A DNA stretch of 30,723 nt from a virus (Duplodnaviria > Caudoviricetes). The notes beneath the pieces were generated by a model. The model ran no database searches, had not been told where the DNA came from, and saw only the letters and a program-made list of their open reading frames with translations. The first letter of the stretch is position 1, and the number at the start of each line of letters is the position of its first letter. The DNA lies in IMG/VR virus record IMGVR_UViG_3300047364_000195, positions 1 through 30,723 of that record; one strand, written 5' to 3'. Position numbers and translations under genes: made by a program. This document shows positions 28,535 through 30,723 of the stretch, in pieces.

Positions 28535-30331
28535 CTACTCTTTATATGCAGTGAACGAGGAATTGGCAACGTCTACATCTAAGTAAACTTCACGGAGTGC
28601 CTTAACGTCTTTTGACCTAGGCTTTACTCTTACTGAAATACGATTATCAAAATATGATCCTAGGATGATTGTCATATCATATAGTTGAAGTTCACCTTTT
28701 TCATAATTAATATCCCCAACATTATCGTCTAGGACTACTTTTTCGCCAGTAGAAGAGTCTAGTCTATATAGGACAATTTTGCCATCTCTGTCTTCAATAT
28801 AGACATCAAAATTAGGATACTCAGTGACCCTAAACTTAGTTGACGACAGGACAGGTTCATCACACTCTAAATCAAATGCATTCTGGAAACAAATCTCATA
28901 GTAGTATGTTGAGTTGAGTTGAGGATAGAAATCCTTTCTCATTGTAACATCAGTAAGGTTGGAGTTAATTGAACGATCTGTATCATCAATCACACCAGCA
29001 ACTTTACTATGTCTGAACTTACCGTTGAACTTTTCTGTGTCAGAAGTGTCAAGGTATGACTGTACAGAACCAATAACCTTGTCTCTAATCTGTGCTGGTG
29101 TAGCATCTGTGATTAAACTATTGTAATAAACCTTGCTATTGAGTTCGATAATCAATATTGAAGGATCAACTATTACTGGTTCTACAGATGCAACAACATA
29201 CTTCTTAAGATCTGCAATGATTTGCTTCTTAGTAACTGACGTTAAGTATGCTGCATCAGTTGGTTTCAATGAAATGAATACCTTACCATACATAGGTGGT
29301 TCTTGTTCCTCTCCACCAAATACAATAATGTCACTAGTAGCAGGATAGACATTACGTACAATGGCACCGTAATCATCAGCAGTTACTGCTCTATCCTGTG
29401 CTCCGTAAGACTTAGGTGCATTAAATTTGATTTTTGATGTACTCTCTTGCTCTTCCCCTCCAGACGCTGCAATAACGTTTGTGATAGAAGTGGTAAATGA
29501 AGGTGGTGTAACCCCCTGAGGGTTCTCTAGGACACCACTAAAGACAAATGTACGTACACTGTTGGATGCAGGACCATTTGTTACAAGATATGATACCTCC
29601 ATATTTGCTCCATTCTCTAATTTCTTACCTAGAGTGCCATCACCCATGATAATTTCATATCTGTCATCATCAATTTCATCAAGGAAGAAGACTTTTGAAT
29701 TACCATCAACGTTCAAAATGTTATCTGCTACCAAATATGGTTCATTAAATGAACTACCAGTAGGAAATACTTTTACTTGAACTGTATTACTATCGATATT
29801 TGGGTTATCAAGAATGAATCTCTGATTCTTTGAAGCACCATTAATAGTATAAGTGTCTGTAATCAATGCACCTTCCTTAACAGGTACCTCAGTAAAACTT
29901 GCAACACCATTAGATACTTGCCCCTTTGCATCGTTTAAGGCAACGTATCTGTATAGAGTGTTATCATAATTTGCTACAAAACCAGTTCCTTTCTTCAGGA
30001 GGAGTTCTTTATCGTTTGTTGCTTGAGAATAATTTACATCAAAAGAGATATATGCTGTAGGTGCAGTCTTTGATTTGGGTCTGTACCCTAACTGCTTCGC
30101 AATCGCTACTACATTGTCCCTCAAGGTGGCAGAATCAATGAATAACTCATTGACTACCATATTAGTGTTAAACGCCGTATAATAGGTATTATAGGCAAGT
30201 GTGTCTATGATGGTGCTTAAAGCAGAACCTTCAAAGTCATAGTCACTAAAGTCCGACTGTGCTCTTAAGTAATCTTTAAGAGATGCTTTGATATCTTCAA
30301 AGTCTAAGTTGGCAACCTGTGTATAAGGCAT
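28535..30331 (-). CDS. gp6: Baseplate wedge subunit gp6
   Basis: LDFEDIKASLKDYLRAQSDFSDYDFEGSALSTIIDTLAYNTYY, FIDSATLRDNVVAIAKQLGY, QDRAVTADDY and YGKVFISLKP are T4 gp6/baseplate-J motifs. Confidence 0.95.
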   Translation of the reverse strand: MPYTQVANLDFEDIKASLKDYLRAQSDFSDYDFEGSALSTIIDTLAYNTYYTAFNTNMVVNELFIDSATLRDNVVAIAKQLGYRPKSKTAPTAYISFDVNYSQATNDKELLLKKGTGFVANYDNTLYRYVALNDAKGQVSNGVASFTEVPVKEGALITDTYTINGASKNQRFILDNPNIDSNTVQVKVFPTGSSFNEPYLVADNILNVDGNSKVFFLDEIDDDRYEIIMGDGTLGKKLENGANMEVSYLVTNGPASNSVRTFVFSGVLENPQGVTPPSFTTSITNVIAASGGEEQESTSKIKFNAPKSYGAQDRAVTADDYGAIVRNVYPATSDIIVFGGEEQEPPMYGKVFISLKPTDAAYLTSVTKKQIIADLKKYVVASVEPVIVDPSILIIELNSKVYYNSLITDATPAQIRDKVIGSVQSYLDTSDTEKFNGKFRHSKVAGVIDDTDRSINSNLTDVTMRKDFYPQLNSTYYYEICFQNAFDLECDEPVLSSTKFRVTEYPNFDVYIEDRDGKIVLYRLDSSTGEKVVLDDNVGDINYEKGELQLYDMTIILGSYFDNRISVRVKPRSKDVKALREVYLDVDVANSSFTAYKE

Positions 30332-30723
30332 TATCGTGTACGCTCTAAGAAGAATTCTACCGCCTCTGGTGTATCATCTCTTCCTACAATAGTAAAGAAG
30401 ATCTCTACATTGTATCCATTGTTTAAATCATCAGGTTCAACTATTACATTATCAAGAGAGATTCTTGGTTCGTATCTGTTAATACAATCAATAACCTGTC
30501 CTCTGATTAAACCACCAGTAGCATAATCCAATGGTTCAAATAATGATTCTCTAATGCCAGACCCCAAATCAGGTTTGAATGGTCTTTCCCCTTTATTAGT
30601 CAGAAGCAAGGCAGTTATCGATTGAAAGATAGCTGCCTTATCTTTCACCTGTACTAGATCATCTGATACAGGATGTTTCTTAAACGTAATACTCAGATCT
30701 TTAAATGTCTGAAAGGAGGGCAT
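30331..30723 (-). CDS. gp25: Baseplate wedge subunit gp25 (sheath initiator)
   Basis: FKDLSITF.KHP...D, AI.QSI..LLLTNKGERPF.PDLGS and I.RYEPRI.L are GPW/gp25 family motifs. The stop overlaps the gp6 start (TAATG). Confidence 0.95.
   Translation of the reverse strand: MPSFQTFKDLSITFKKHPVSDDLVQVKDKAAIFQSITALLLTNKGERPFKPDLGSGIRESLFEPLDYATGGLIRGQVIDCINRYEPRISLDNVIVEPDDLNNGYNVEIFFTIVGRDDTPEAVEFFLERTR

Noticed and set aside
1225-29780. Numerous short + strand ORFs (61-129 aa)
   Set aside because: They are antisense shadows of long genes, with S/V/T/P/L-rich composition, no recognisable motifs or promoters, and are expected from codon periodicity.
1-30723. CRISPR arrays, tRNA/rRNA genes, HxH iron-binding fibre motifs
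   Set aside because: Intergenic gaps are at most about 100 nt, with no repeat-spacer or cloverleaf patterns; no repeated HxH motifs were noticed in the proteins.

Overview
This window is the baseplate/tail structural module of a T4-like marine cyanomyovirus (Prochlorococcus/Synechococcus phage type, AT-rich). All real genes are on the minus strand, in this order: gp25, gp6, a giant gp7 (3852 aa), gp8, a VrlC/DUF4815-like protein (2711 aa), a 68-aa protein, a 1609-aa fibre-like protein, a 166-aa protein, and a large structural gene that runs off the left edge and is missing from the ORF track (ATG at 1304). T4-type late promoter motifs (TATAAATA/CTAAATA/CATAAATA) and one intrinsic terminator punctuate the module. 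The most striking observation is a phycobiliprotein-like (globin-fold) domain inside gp7. It keeps cysteines at positions matching both bilin attachment sites (the Cys84-like KCxRD site and the beta-Cys155-like site) and is nested in a second, degenerate copy. The fibre-like protein carries a cupredoxin-like domain with a complete H/C/H/M type-1 copper ligand set. A strand-polarised CGCGGAA motif and a LamG-like domain inserted at the gp7 C-terminus are also noted. Domain calls are by eye against family motifs recalled from memory; no searches were run.
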